Below are positions 55,458 to 64,000 of a stretch of DNA of 64,000 bases, in pieces. Both the position numbers and the translations under genes were made by a program. Each line of letters begins with the position of its first letter. The stretch's first letter is position 1. The notes under the pieces are model-generated. The model did no database searches, was not told the DNA's origin, and saw nothing but the letters and a program-made list of their open reading frames with translations. The DNA comes from Myxococcales bacterium. GTDB lineage: Bacteria; Myxococcota_A; Polyangia; Polyangiales; Houyiibacteriaceae. The DNA lies in contig JAOTXX010000013.1 in NCBI GenBank assembly GCA_029862185.1, positions 408 through 64,407 of the forward strand, in the 5' to 3' direction.

Positions 55458-56337
55458 AGACCAGCCCTGCCGTGAGCGCGAGACCTTCTACGTGGCTTCC
55501 GTCCAGCCGCTGAATCATCGGCACGGCCGCGGTGAAATGCAGCAGAACCTTGTCGTGCGGCAATCCGACCAAGCCAAACGTTCCGTAGGTGATGTGTCCG
55601 CCGGTATTCGGGTCGCGAACGCCAGCGACGTAGCCCGGCTGATCGATTCGAAACTCGGCTCCCAGCTGAAAGGCGAGAAAGCGCCAGGGCTGAAACTGGC
55701 CAAGCACGGTTTGCCTCAAGCTCGTGCCGACCTTCGTATCCGCAGTCCCCTTGGTTGGAAAGATCCCGATTGACGAGACGTAGACCGACCAAGGGTCGGA
55801 AAACATCGTGTACGAAGCGCCCGCAATCGGATCCCAGGAGCCCGTGCCCGCCTGAAATTCCAACGGAAGCGGGACGCCTTCCGCGTCGCGCTCGATCGAG
55901 CTGGTCGGAAACTCGAGGCCGCCGATCAGGCTCACCAAATGCCGAGGCGCGAACTTGCGGTCGCGCCACACGACAGCCCGCGCCCGAAACTCCAAATCTC
56001 CCGGAGCCCAGATGTCGGCTTCCGCGAGATTGACCGCGCTCACCAGTCGGTGCACCAGCGGCATCATCAGAGACAGCGTCCATCGGTCGGTTGGCGAGTA
56101 TGCGCCTGCAAGCTCCATGCGCTGCTCCGCAAGCCGGAGCTCATCGACCTGGGCTTGCCCGATTCGATCGTTTCGATGGCGAACGGTCCCCGAGGCTCGC
56201 ACCCGCTGACTTTTCGGTTGCGCAAAGCCCACGATGGTCAGGGTCGGATCGCCGACGCCGCAGGTTCCGCACGCAGAAGCCCCCGCCGCAATTGAAAACG
56301 GCGCGAGCAGCGCCGCGATCACCCAACAAACCTTCAC
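55447..56337 (-). CDS. Putative outer-membrane beta-barrel protein (MetA/phenol-degradation-like transporter family?) with an N-terminal CxxC
   Basis: Signal peptide ending AAGASA is followed by CGTCGVGDP. Alternating amphipathic strands are present, along with GTGSWDP and APGDLEF motifs. GTG start. The family assignment is tentative. Confidence 0.5.
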   Translation of the reverse strand: MKVCWVIAALLAPFSIAAGASACGTCGVGDPTLTIVGFAQPKSQRVRASGTVRHRNDRIGQAQVDELRLAEQRMELAGAYSPTDRWTLSLMMPLVHRLVSAVNLAEADIWAPGDLEFRARAVVWRDRKFAPRHLVSLIGGLEFPTSSIERDAEGVPLPLEFQAGTGSWDPIAGASYTMFSDPWSVYVSSIGIFPTKGTADTKVGTSLRQTVLGQFQPWRFLAFQLGAEFRIDQPGYVAGVRDPNTGGHITYGTFGLVGLPHDKVLLHFTAAVPMIQRLDGSHVEGLALTAGLVYEI

Positions 56338-56395
56338 CGCCCGCAGCTTAGGGACGGAGGGACCTGGCTTGTATGCGGCAAATCGTCGCAGCCGC

Positions 56396-56971
56396 TCAGC
56401 GGGGCGTCGGGAATTTCGAAAGCTTCCGCTGAAGGGACCGCCGGTGAATGCCCAGTCTTTCCGAAGCCTTGGTGATGTTGCCCCCGCAGTCGGTCAGCAC
56501 TCGCTGGATGTGCTCCCACTCGACCCTCGCCAGGGACGGCGTTTCGGGGGCCTCGCTTTCGGCAGGCGTGGCTTCGTGGTCCGTCGGGGCGTCGCTCCGC
56601 CCAAACGCGGCGATCACCTCGTCGACATCGGCTGGTTTGGTCAGGTAGTGCGTCGCGCCGAGCCGAACCGCCTCGAGCGCAGTAGCGATGCTCCCGTAGC
56701 CGGTCAGCACTACGATTTTGGTAGCCCGATCGATCCGGTGAAGCTCGCGAACCAGCTCCAAGCCAGACTTCCCCGGCATTCGAAGATCGACGACGGCGTA
56801 CTCGGTGCTTTCCGACTCGGCGACTGCGACAGCGCCATCGTAGCCATCGGCTTGCTGTGCTTCGTAGCCGCGCTGCTCGAAGGCGCGAGCCATTCGCGAT
56901 CGGAGCCGCTCGTCGTCATCGACCAGAAGGACCGATGGTTTTGGGCTGGCGTCGTCTCGTGCGTCGGTCAT
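56396..56971 (-). CDS. regA: RegA/PrrA/ActR-type response regulator (REC plus Fis-type HTH)
   Basis: Start taken at ATG 56971 (MTDARDD..SVLLVDDDERL), forming an ATGA overlap with the regB stop. The C-terminal GGNITKASERLGIHRRSLQRKLSK is typical of RegA. The upstream 162 codons of the track ORF overlap regB. Confidence 0.85.
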   Translation of the reverse strand: MTDARDDASPKPSVLLVDDDERLRSRMARAFEQRGYEAQQADGYDGAVAVAESESTEYAVVDLRMPGKSGLELVRELHRIDRATKIVVLTGYGSIATALEAVRLGATHYLTKPADVDEVIAAFGRSDAPTDHEATPAESEAPETPSLARVEWEHIQRVLTDCGGNITKASERLGIHRRSLQRKLSKFPTPR

Positions 56972-58209
56972 GAGCCTTGAGGAAGTACGACGCGAATCGT
57001 CGTGCCCCGGTCGCTGGCCGACGCGATGGCAAGCCGGCCTCCGAGCGAGTCTACGAGCGTCCGCGCCAGGAACAAGCCCAGACCCATCCGGTCGGCCGTG
57101 TTCTTCGTGGTGAAGAAGGGCTCGGTGGCGCGTCTCATCGCTTGCTCGTCCATCCCGTGACCTTCGTCGACGAAGCAAAGCTCGACGGCCCGATCGATGT
57201 GGCGGACATGGAGCGCGACACGCCCCGCGTCGCAGGCATCGAAGCCATTGCGTGCGATGTTCTCGACCATCTGCACCAGCGCGGTCCCCGGCGCTTCGAT
57301 CGTTTCGACCTCGGTCGACGTGCCCCAGCGTTTCGCCTGCTCCGGGCTCAGTCGTGCGCGCACCTCGTCGAACATCGCCTCGACCGACACGGAGCTCAGC
57401 GCCTCGCCCACGTGCTCGCCGCCTGCCGCAGCCATTCGGTCGAGCACCAGGCGGCACCGCTCGAGCTCTTCGCGGATCAGCTCTGCATCCTCAATGAGCG
57501 CTTCCGCGCCTGGAATGGCCCGCGCCTGCCGCTCCATCTCTTTGGCGGCGACCGCGATGGTGCCGAGCGGGGTTCCAAGCTCGTGTGCCGCACCGGCGGC
57601 CAAAGTCGCGATCGAGGCCAGCTTTCCCCAGCGATGCGTCCGTTCTTCGGCCTCGGCAAGCGCGCGCTCGCGCCTTCGCAGCTCGACGGACAGCTGGCTC
57701 ACGAAGTACGTGATCAGCGCTACCGCGAGAACCAAGGCGATGAACATGCCGTACAGGTGCGTTTGGAACCCCTCGCCGTGCCCCGCATGGCCTAGGTGCT
57801 CGCTCGGCACGTGAACGACGAACAAGGTGGCGAACGACACAATCGAGAGTCCGGCGATCGTCCAGGTCCACTTTGGCGCAAGCATCACAGCAGACATCGC
57901 GATGTAGACGACATAGATGATGCTGAACGGGTTGGTCGGGCCTCCCGAGAGGTAGAGCAGACCGGAGAGAAGCGCGACGTCGAAAACGAGAAACGCAGCG
58001 AGGTGACCGGCATCCGCCTTGCGCGACGCCAACCAGAGGTTCGAAACGACGCCGACAGCAACAAGCGACCACATCGGAATGACCGGCAGCGTTACATCGA
58101 GACCCTCGGTGGCGATGAGTATTGCCGCCGCTTGAATCCCGAGCGCCCCCCAACGCATTCGCGCCAACCATTCGGCGCGAGTGGCCGACGCTCTATCCTC
58201 GGCGCTCAC
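56968..58209 (-). CDS. regB: RegB/PrrB/ActS-type redox-sensing histidine kinase
   Basis: Six TM helices carry the quinone-site heptapeptide GGPTNPF (GGxxNPF). The H-box is [16 protein letters not shown] Cys in the context [12 protein letters not shown] resembles the RegB redox box. A HATPase_c domain is present. The start is either GTG 58209 (GTGA overlap with the dnaK stop) or a later TTG or ATG (58158). Confidence 0.85.
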   Translation of the reverse strand: MSAEDRASATRAEWLARMRWGALGIQAAAILIATEGLDVTLPVIPMWSLVAVGVVSNLWLASRKADAGHLAAFLVFDVALLSGLLYLSGGPTNPFSIIYVVYIAMSAVMLAPKWTWTIAGLSIVSFATLFVVHVPSEHLGHAGHGEGFQTHLYGMFIALVLAVALITYFVSQLSVELRRRERALAEAEERTHRWGKLASIATLAAGAAHELGTPLGTIAVAAKEMERQARAIPGAEALIEDAELIREELERCRLVLDRMAAAGGEHVGEALSSVSVEAMFDEVRARLSPEQAKRWGTSTEVETIEAPGTALVQMVENIARNGFDACDAGRVALHVRHIDRAVELCFVDEGHGMDEQAMRRATEPFFTTKNTADRMGLGLFLARTLVDSLGGRLAIASASDRGTTIRVVLPQGS

Positions 58210-60047
58210 GAATCCGTCTGAGCATCGCCGGAGGAGCTCATATCGACACTGCCGTACATCGCTTCGGCGATCTTATAGGCGCTCAGCTCGAGCGTCTCGA
58301 GCCCGTCCTTGATGGCGATGGCGTCGCCCTCGTTGACGGAGAAGTGCAAGGCCTCGATATCGGCCTCCACCTGGGCGACGACGTCCTCGGGAACGAGCTC
58401 GCGGCACTCGGCGACAGCCCGCTCACTGGTGTACAGCAGAGCTTCGGCCGCATTGCGCAGCTCGGCGAGCTCACGGCGCTTTTGGTCGGTCGTCTTGTAG
58501 GCCTCGGCCTCTCCGATGATGCGCTCGATGTCTTGCTCGGTCAGTCCGCTCGATGCGACGACGCGGATGTTCTGCTCACGGCTGGTTCCGAGGTCCTTGG
58601 CGCTCACGTTGACCACGCCATCGGCGTCGATGTCGAAAGTCACCTCGATCTCCGGAACACCTCGTGGTGCGGGCACGATTGGCGCTAGCTCGAACTTGGC
58701 CAAGGATTTGTTGTCCCCGGCCATGTCGCGTTCGCCCTGCAGGACGTGAATCGGCACGAAGGACTGGTTGTCCACGCTGGTCGTGAACACCTCCTTGGCC
58801 CGCGTCGGGACGGTGGTGTTGCGTGGGATCAGCCTGTGGAACACGCCGCCGCCGGTTTCGACACCGAGGCTCAGGGGCGTGACGTCGAGAAGCAGCACCT
58901 CTTCGACTTCGCCGACCAGCGCGGCGCCCTGAAGCGCAGCGCCCAGCGCCACCACCTCGTCCGGATTCACCCCCTTGTAGGGCGGCTTCCCGAAGAAATC
59001 CTCGACCTTCGACTGAACCATCGGCATGCGCGTTTGACCGCCGACCAGGAGGATTTCGTCGATGTCTTCTGTTTTCACGCCGGCGTCTTCCAAGGCCTGT
59101 TTGCAGGGCCCGAGCGTCCGGTCGATGATCTCCGAGACCAGGATTTCGAGCTCGCTCCGCTTGAGCTTGGTTTCGAGATGCTTCGGGCCCGATTCATCGG
59201 ATGCGATGAACGGAAGGTTGATCTCGGTCTCGAGCGAAGACGAGAGCTCGTGCTTGGCCTTTTCGGCCTGCTCCTTCAGACGTTGGAGCGCGACACGGTC
59301 GTCGTGCAGATCGATCCCGCTGCTCTGTTTGAAACGCTGCGTGAGCTCTTCGACCAAGGCGTTGTCCAAGTCCTCGCCGCCGAGGTGGGTGTCGCCCGAG
59401 GTCGACTTCACGCTGAAGACACCATTGGCGATTTCGAGAATCGAGATATCGAACGTCCCACCGCCCAAATCGTACACGGCGACTCGCTTGCCTTCTTTCT
59501 GGTCGAAGCCGTATGCGAGCGCAGCTGCAGTGGGCTCGTTGATGATGCGTCGCACCTCGATTCCAGCGATCTTGCCTGCAGCAATCGTTGCCGACCGCTG
59601 CGCATCGTTGAAGTATGCGGGGACAGTCACGATCGCCTCTTCGACGTCCTCTCCGAGGAACGACTCTGCGACCTCCCGCATCTTTTCGAGCACCATGGCG
59701 GAGATTTCAGGTGGTGAATACCGATGGTCCTGTGCCTGGATCCAGGCATCCCCTCCTTCGCTCTCGACGACCTCGTACGGCACCGCTTGTTTGTGTCGCT
59801 GTGCCGGCTCGGAATCGAACGGCAATCCCATCAATCGCTTGATGGCAAAGACGGTGCTCTCCGGATTGGTCACGCCTTGGCGCTTCGCCACGCTACCGAC
59901 CCGGCGCTCGCCGTCTTTGGAAAAAGACACGACCGAAGGCGTGGTACGGCTGCCTTCGGCGTTTGGAATTACCTGCGGCTCCCCGTTGTCGACGAATGCA
60001 ACACAGGAGTTCGTCGTCCCCAGATCGATCCCGATGATCTTCCCCAT
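58206..60047 (-). CDS. dnaK: Molecular chaperone DnaK (Hsp70)
   Basis: [29 protein letters not shown] and the full Hsp70 architecture are present. AAGGAG lies 11 nt upstream of the ATG. Confidence 0.97.
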   Translation of the reverse strand: MGKIIGIDLGTTNSCVAFVDNGEPQVIPNAEGSRTTPSVVSFSKDGERRVGSVAKRQGVTNPESTVFAIKRLMGLPFDSEPAQRHKQAVPYEVVESEGGDAWIQAQDHRYSPPEISAMVLEKMREVAESFLGEDVEEAIVTVPAYFNDAQRSATIAAGKIAGIEVRRIINEPTAAALAYGFDQKEGKRVAVYDLGGGTFDISILEIANGVFSVKSTSGDTHLGGEDLDNALVEELTQRFKQSSGIDLHDDRVALQRLKEQAEKAKHELSSSLETEINLPFIASDESGPKHLETKLKRSELEILVSEIIDRTLGPCKQALEDAGVKTEDIDEILLVGGQTRMPMVQSKVEDFFGKPPYKGVNPDEVVALGAALQGAALVGEVEEVLLLDVTPLSLGVETGGGVFHRLIPRNTTVPTRAKEVFTTSVDNQSFVPIHVLQGERDMAGDNKSLAKFELAPIVPAPRGVPEIEVTFDIDADGVVNVSAKDLGTSREQNIRVVASSGLTEQDIERIIGEAEAYKTTDQKRRELAELRNAAEALLYTSERAVAECRELVPEDVVAQVEADIEALHFSVNEGDAIAIKDGLETLELSAYKIAEAMYGSVDMSSSGDAQTDS

Positions 60048-60103
60048 CTCGCCCTACTCTCCTTTATACCCCGAGATGGAGCCTCAACGCAGCAAAGGTG
60101 CGA

Positions 60104-60727
60104 CTATTCATCCGTGTCGGTGCCATCCTCGTCCGAGTCGCCTCTCTGGCCGTCGTCGCCCGATACCGGCCTTGCGACGACCACCATGGCTGGCCGCAAT
60201 AGTCGCTCCCCTAGGAAATAGCCCGGAACGACCTCCGAGACGATGGTGCCTGGCGCATGCTCGCTGGTTTCTTCTTGCTGCATGGCGTCGTGGCACGTCG
60301 GGTCGAACTGATTGCCGACGGTGGGAACTCGCTTGAGGCCGAGGCGGTTGGCGACTTCGTCGAAGCCGCGCAGGACCATGCGCACCCCGTCCGAAACTGC
60401 GGACACCTCGGTGGCACCGTCCACGGCGTCCGCCGCGCGCTCCAGATTGTCGACGATCGGCAAGACCTCGCGGAGCGTGTCCTCGATCGTTCGTCGGCGA
60501 ACCTCTTCAATTTCCTTGCGCGATCGCTTCCGGAAATTGTCGAAGTCGGCGGCAATGCGCAGGAGTTGATCGCGCATGCGATCGCGTTCGGCGTGAGCCT
60601 TTTCGAGATCGCTCGGCTCCGATTTGGCCTCGTCGCCATCCACGCCGTCTGGAAAGATGACCTCGTCGTCTTCACCTGCGCCGCTGGCCTGTTCGTCTTC
60701 CGGCTCGTCCCCCACGTGTTCACTCAT
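60104..60727 (-). CDS. grpE: Nucleotide exchange factor GrpE
   Basis: Acidic N-terminus, LLRIAADFDNFRKR and FDPTCHDAM are present. It lies between hrcA and dnaK. Confidence 0.92.
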   Translation of the reverse strand: MSEHVGDEPEDEQASGAGEDDEVIFPDGVDGDEAKSEPSDLEKAHAERDRMRDQLLRIAADFDNFRKRSRKEIEEVRRRTIEDTLREVLPIVDNLERAADAVDGATEVSAVSDGVRMVLRGFDEVANRLGLKRVPTVGNQFDPTCHDAMQQEETSEHAPGTIVSEVVPGYFLGERLLRPAMVVVARPVSGDDGQRGDSDEDGTDTDE

Positions 60728-60746
60728 TGTCCCTGACCGTCTTTCT

Positions 60747-61805
60747 CTAGGAACCCTTGGATCTGCCAGGCAGCCGTCCGTCGAGGACGTCGCTTAGCAC
60801 ATCGGCGGCAAAGCCTACCAAGGGTACGTACTTCTTGTAGTCCATGCGCGTCGGACCCACGATTCCAAAGGAGCCGACCCGGGCCCCATCCCGGCGATAT
60901 GGGCTCGAAATCACGCTGATGTCGTCCACGTCGTCGAGCGCCGCCTCTGAGCCGATGAAGACTTGAACACCATCGGTCAACAAGGTCTGCTCGAGCAGCT
61001 GCAGGAGCTTCTGCTTCTCTTCGAAAGCGTTGAGGTATCGGCGAATCTTCTCCACATCACCGAACTCGGGTCGATCGAAAAGGGCGCCCTGCCCTTCGAT
61101 GACGACGCGCGCTCGTTCCATCGGGCCGTCGACCGTGGCCTCGACCATCTGTTGGGCCTGATTTCGGAGGACGTGATACTGGCCTTCTTCGGTTGCCAGT
61201 CGAACTGCGAGCAGGTCTCGGACCGCCGCGAGCGTCCGGCCGCCGACCAGCTCCGCAAGGTAGTTGTTCACGCGTTCGAGGCTGTGGTCGTCCACCGCGA
61301 CCTCGGTGACGACCACTCGGTTTTCGACCACACCGCTTCGCGTAACCAAGACGGCGAGCGTCCGCCCTCCAGAGAGTCGCATGAACCGCAACTGATCGAG
61401 GGCCGCTTCCACGACCGTCGGCTGCGCGATGATCGTCGCGGTCCCGGTGAGCCGGCTCAGCAGTTGGCCCGTTTCCCGCACGGCGTCGGCGCCCGGCTCC
61501 AAGTCTTGAAGGCGCCGTAGCAACGCGGTCCGGTGGGCGTCCGAGATCTGTCCAGCCGTGGCTATCGCATCGACGAAGCATCGGAAACCCGCATCGGTCG
61601 GGACGCGGCCCGCACTCGTGTGCGGCTGATGCAGGAGCTCCGCGTCCTCCAGATCGGACAGAACGTTCCGAATGGTCGCCGGCGACAGCTTGATCGCGTA
61701 ACGCTTCGCGATGCACCTCGAGCCCACGGCCTTCCCCGAGGCGATGTGCTCGGTGACGACCGCGAACAGGATTCGACGATGCCGCTCGTCCAAGGTCACT
61801 GTCAC
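60747..61805 (-). CDS. hrcA: Heat-inducible transcription repressor HrcA
   Basis: LDERHRRILFAVVTEHIASGKAVGSR and SDLEDAELLHQPHTSAGRVPT are present. Length is 352 aa. Confidence 0.92.
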   Translation of the reverse strand: MTVTLDERHRRILFAVVTEHIASGKAVGSRCIAKRYAIKLSPATIRNVLSDLEDAELLHQPHTSAGRVPTDAGFRCFVDAIATAGQISDAHRTALLRRLQDLEPGADAVRETGQLLSRLTGTATIIAQPTVVEAALDQLRFMRLSGGRTLAVLVTRSGVVENRVVVTEVAVDDHSLERVNNYLAELVGGRTLAAVRDLLAVRLATEEGQYHVLRNQAQQMVEATVDGPMERARVVIEGQGALFDRPEFGDVEKIRRYLNAFEEKQKLLQLLEQTLLTDGVQVFIGSEAALDDVDDISVISSPYRRDGARVGSFGIVGPTRMDYKKYVPLVGFAADVLSDVLDGRLPGRSKGS

Positions 61806-61881
61806 GCTTTAATGAAAGTAGAAGCTGCACGGGTTCTGTCAAGCCCGCGAAAGTGGGCGGAAAATTGCCATCGGACCCGCA

Positions 61882-62184
61882 TTGCGGCAGTTTCAGGCCG
61901 TGAGACCGAGCGCAGCGCTTCTTCCGTTTGCCCTGATGGTCATGGCCGTGATGACCGTTCCCACGCTCGTCCTCGATGAGCAGGGCCTGCCCCGCTACCG
62001 GCACCTCAGCGCGGAGCTTCAGGAGCTTCGAGAGTCCAACGAGGAGCTGATCCGCGAGATCGCCACGCTCAAGGGCGAGATCGACGCCCTCCGCAGCGAC
62101 CCCAACTACGTCGAGCGCATTGCGAGGGACGAGTTGGGGATGGTCCGGGCAGAGGAGTTCGTCTTTCAGTTCCCGCGCCCCTAG
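61882..62184 (+). CDS. ftsB: Septum formation initiator FtsB/DivIC-family protein
   Basis: 100 aa with a single TM, a coiled coil LQELRESNEELIREIATLKGEIDAL, and the C-terminal YVERIARDELGMV motif. Confidence 0.8.
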   Translation: MRQFQAVRPSAALLPFALMVMAVMTVPTLVLDEQGLPRYRHLSAELQELRESNEELIREIATLKGEIDALRSDPNYVERIARDELGMVRAEEFVFQFPRP

Positions 62185-62201
62185 GTGGGCGCAAAGCCCA
62201 C
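62185..62201 (+). terminator. Weak hairpin immediately after the ftsB stop
   Basis: GTGGGC-GCAAA-GCCCAC (6-bp stem) starts 1 nt after the TAG. Only a weak, interrupted T tract (ATTTCTT) follows about 10 nt later. Confidence 0.3.
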
Positions 62202-62255
62202 ACTCCCGCGGATTTCTTGCTGAACGGATGGGTCGGAGCGTAACACCGCTCTGAT

Positions 62256-64000
62256 ATGACGGCCCTGGTTCAGGCAGCGCTTCGCGTCAGGCGCACGGCG
62301 CGGTCGACATGGGGATTGGCCGCTGCGTTCCTGCTCGCCGCCTTTTTGCTCGCGGGCTTCTTCGTTCCCGGAAGCCGAGACCTTGGGTGGGGGCACCTGG
62401 TCTGGCTCGCCTGCTGGGCGGCGCTCTTCGGTTCCCGCGCGCGCAACGCGCATCGGCTCGGTACCGACGCGAAGTCTGCATTCGAGCTCGGCGCCTTTCT
62501 GATCGTCGGCGTCCAGGCGCTGATTCAGCTTCGCGGTGGCGTCGGTAGCGACCTCTATCCGTTGATCTATGTCACCGTCGCGCTCGTCGCCTCGTTCGCA
62601 ACAGGCCGAGCCGGCATCGGCCTCGTTGCCTTCGCACTCTTGCTGGGATTCGCCGTCGCGTTCCTCGGCGAGCACGTTCGCGATCCGCTGCTCCTCGGTT
62701 TGAATGCGTTGTTCACCGCCGGTTTCGGCGCGCTCAGCTACCTGTTCACGCGTGCAGAGATCGTTCGCGTCCGCCGCCAGTCTACGCTCGAGCTCGAAGC
62801 CCAAAAGGCAAAGGTGCGCGACGATACTCGGCTCTTTCGTTTGGTTGCACCTTCGTCGGGTGGTGCGCGGGACGAGGACCGCCTCTACCAGACCAGCGTC
62901 CAGGAGGTTCGTCAGGCGCTCTACCACGCCCTTCAGCTGCTCCATCGAACACTCGACCTTCACACCTGTGTGCTTCTGATGCCCACCAACGAGCCCGAAC
63001 AGCTTCGAATCGTCGAGTTGGTCTCGAAGAGCGACGACCTTGCGGACGGCCCGTTCTCCCTCGGAGCGGGCGCGGTGGGCGCCGCTGTCCGACGCCAGCT
63101 GACCACCAACCTTCAGGAGATTCGGACGGGATATCGCGGGATTTGCTACTATCGGGGCCCCGCGGCCGTGCGATCCTTCATCGCGGTTCCGGTTCTCGAG
63201 CGGGGCCATCTCCGGGCCGTGCTCTGCGCCGACCGTGTCGTCGACCGCGGGTTTAGCCCCGAAGAGGAAGAGCTCCTCCGTGACAGCACCTCGCACATCC
63301 TCCGAGCGTTCGAAAACGAACGAGTATTCATGCAGCTCGAACGCTCCAAGGTCGAGCAGGAGATCCTCTACCGCGTCTCTCAAGACCTCAGCACTGCGCG
63401 AACGCAAGACGCAGTCATGGAAGTCGGTTTGACGGCAGCGAAGGAGATCTCGCCACACGATTTCGCGGCGATCACCGAATATCAGCCCGAGGGCCGGAAG
63501 CACACGGTGCGGCGCGCGTCAGGGGAGCGCGCACTCGATTTTCACGGTCTGCGGTTTCGCGACAACACTTCGCTCACCGCCATGGTGGTCAAGAACCGGC
63601 ACTACCTGCCGTACCGCGGCGAGTTCGATTCGAAGCAACAGGTGCTCTTCACCAAAAAGGCCAAGCTCAAGGGAATGGAGTCGCTCCTGGTCTTGCCCTT
63701 GGTCGTTCGAGAGGAACCGATCGGGACCTTGATCGTCGCGGCGAAGAGGCCGGGAGCGTTCGGCGCGCCGGTACGCGCCACACTCCAAGCGCTGTCCAAC
63801 CATCTCGCGGTGGCGATGGCGAATGCGCGTCTCGTCCGCCAGCTCGAAGAGCTGGCGACGACCGACGGGCTCACCGGTTGCTTGAACAAGCGTGCGTTTC
63901 TCGACCAGATGGAACAGAAGCTCCTCGCGGCGCAGCGATTCGGACGAAAGCTCTCGGTGATCGTGACCGACCTCGACCATTTCAAGGCGGTCAACGACAC
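62256..64000 (+). CDS. Membrane-anchored GAF-GAF-GGDEF protein (diguanylate cyclase), 3' end cut by window edge; absent from the supplied ORF track
   Basis: My own translation of the frame with codon starts at multiples of 3. The ATG at 62256 is the first start after an in-frame TAA at 62241, and the frame stays open to base 64000. About 5 TM helices (LAAAFLLAAFLLAGFFV..) are followed by two GAF-like regions (SFIAVPVLERGHLRAVLCADRV; LLVLPLVVREEPIGTLIVAAKR). The GGDEF domain then begins: TDGLTGCLNKRAF..LSVIVTDLDHFKAVND. Confidence 0.85.
   Translation, partial: MTALVQAALRVRRTARSTWGLAAAFLLAAFLLAGFFVPGSRDLGWGHLVWLACWAALFGSRARNAHRLGTDAKSAFELGAFLIVGVQALIQLRGGVGSDLYPLIYVTVALVASFATGRAGIGLVAFALLLGFAVAFLGEHVRDPLLLGLNALFTAGFGALSYLFTRAEIVRVRRQSTLELEAQKAKVRDDTRLFRLVAPSSGGARDEDRLYQTSVQEVRQALYHALQLLHRTLDLHTCVLLMPTNEPEQLRIVELVSKSDDLADGPFSLGAGAVGAAVRRQLTTNLQEIRTGYRGICYYRGPAAVRSFIAVPVLERGHLRAVLCADRVVDRGFSPEEEELLRDSTSHILRAFENERVFMQLERSKVEQEILYRVSQDLSTARTQDAVMEVGLTAAKEISPHDFAAITEYQPEGRKHTVRRASGERALDFHGLRFRDNTSLTAMVVKNRHYLPYRGEFDSKQQVLFTKKAKLKGMESLLVLPLVVREEPIGTLIVAAKRPGAFGAPVRATLQALSNHLAVAMANARLVRQLEELATTDGLTGCLNKRAFLDQMEQKLLAAQRFGRKLSVIVTDLDHFKAVND

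Noticed and set aside
61806-61881. Looked for a CIRCE operator (TTAGCACTC-N9-GAGTGCTAA) upstream of hrcA.
   Set aside because: There is no such inverted repeat in this 76-bp region. The only ttagcac string (near 60795) lies inside the hrcA coding sequence without a partner half-site.
62181-64000. Minus-strand ORFs 62181..63503, 63519..63980 and 63602..64000.
   Set aside because: They are antisense to the plus-strand GAF-GAF-GGDEF gene, which shows clear domain motifs. Their translations are charged low complexity.

Overview
This is a high-G+C (about two-thirds by eye, not computed), very gene-dense chromosomal segment. I call about 51 protein-coding genes. I found no rRNA or tRNA genes, no CRISPR array, and no transposase, integrase or phage genes. 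At least 15 gene junctions overlap by 1-4 nt (ATGA, GTGA or TGATG), so translational coupling is pervasive. The gene content suggests a Myxococcota-like deltaproteobacterium (inference only): a mevalonate pathway plus branched-chain keto-acid dehydrogenase, imuA-imuB-dnaE2, and eukaryote-like proteins.

Most long 'extra' ORFs in the supplied track are GC-driven antisense or alternate-frame shadows, or spurious N-terminal extensions. The track also misses one real gene, a membrane GAF-GAF-GGDEF protein at 62256..>64000 (+) that has no stop inside the window.

Recognisable blocks, in order:
- sensor kinase and TlpA-like redoxin
- degenerate Fic protein
- thiE-aguB-aguA, preceded by a signal-peptide-bearing Fam20-like kinase
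- ornithine cyclodeaminase-family enzyme and MAPEG protein
- imuA-imuB-dnaE2, with a LexA-like operator inside its promoter
- a nucleotide-transporter-like/HEAT fusion plus a degenerate double cNMP-domain protein
- fpg following orphan dppBC-like permeases
- slt, PP2C phosphatase, ggt/gshB
- mevalonate operon with divergent idi-2
- a roughly 10-kb tetR-CPA-trkA-trkH-(giant CPA/P-loop/wHTH fusion)-mscS ion-transport operon
- lipA-bkd-mutY
- natAB-like ABC pair, serS, murB
- a 4-gene MbnP/MbnH 'metallo-mystery pair' cluster directly downstream of regB-regA and hrcA-grpE-dnaK
- ftsB

The most unusual items are the 1504-aa antiporter/STAND-like NTPase/wHTH fusion embedded in the Trk operon, the bacterial Fam20-type secreted kinase homologue, the NTT-HEAT plus degenerate-CNB pair, and the MbnPH cluster with an uncharacterised outer-membrane barrel and lipoprotein. 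All family assignments come from motif recognition by eye; no database search was possible.
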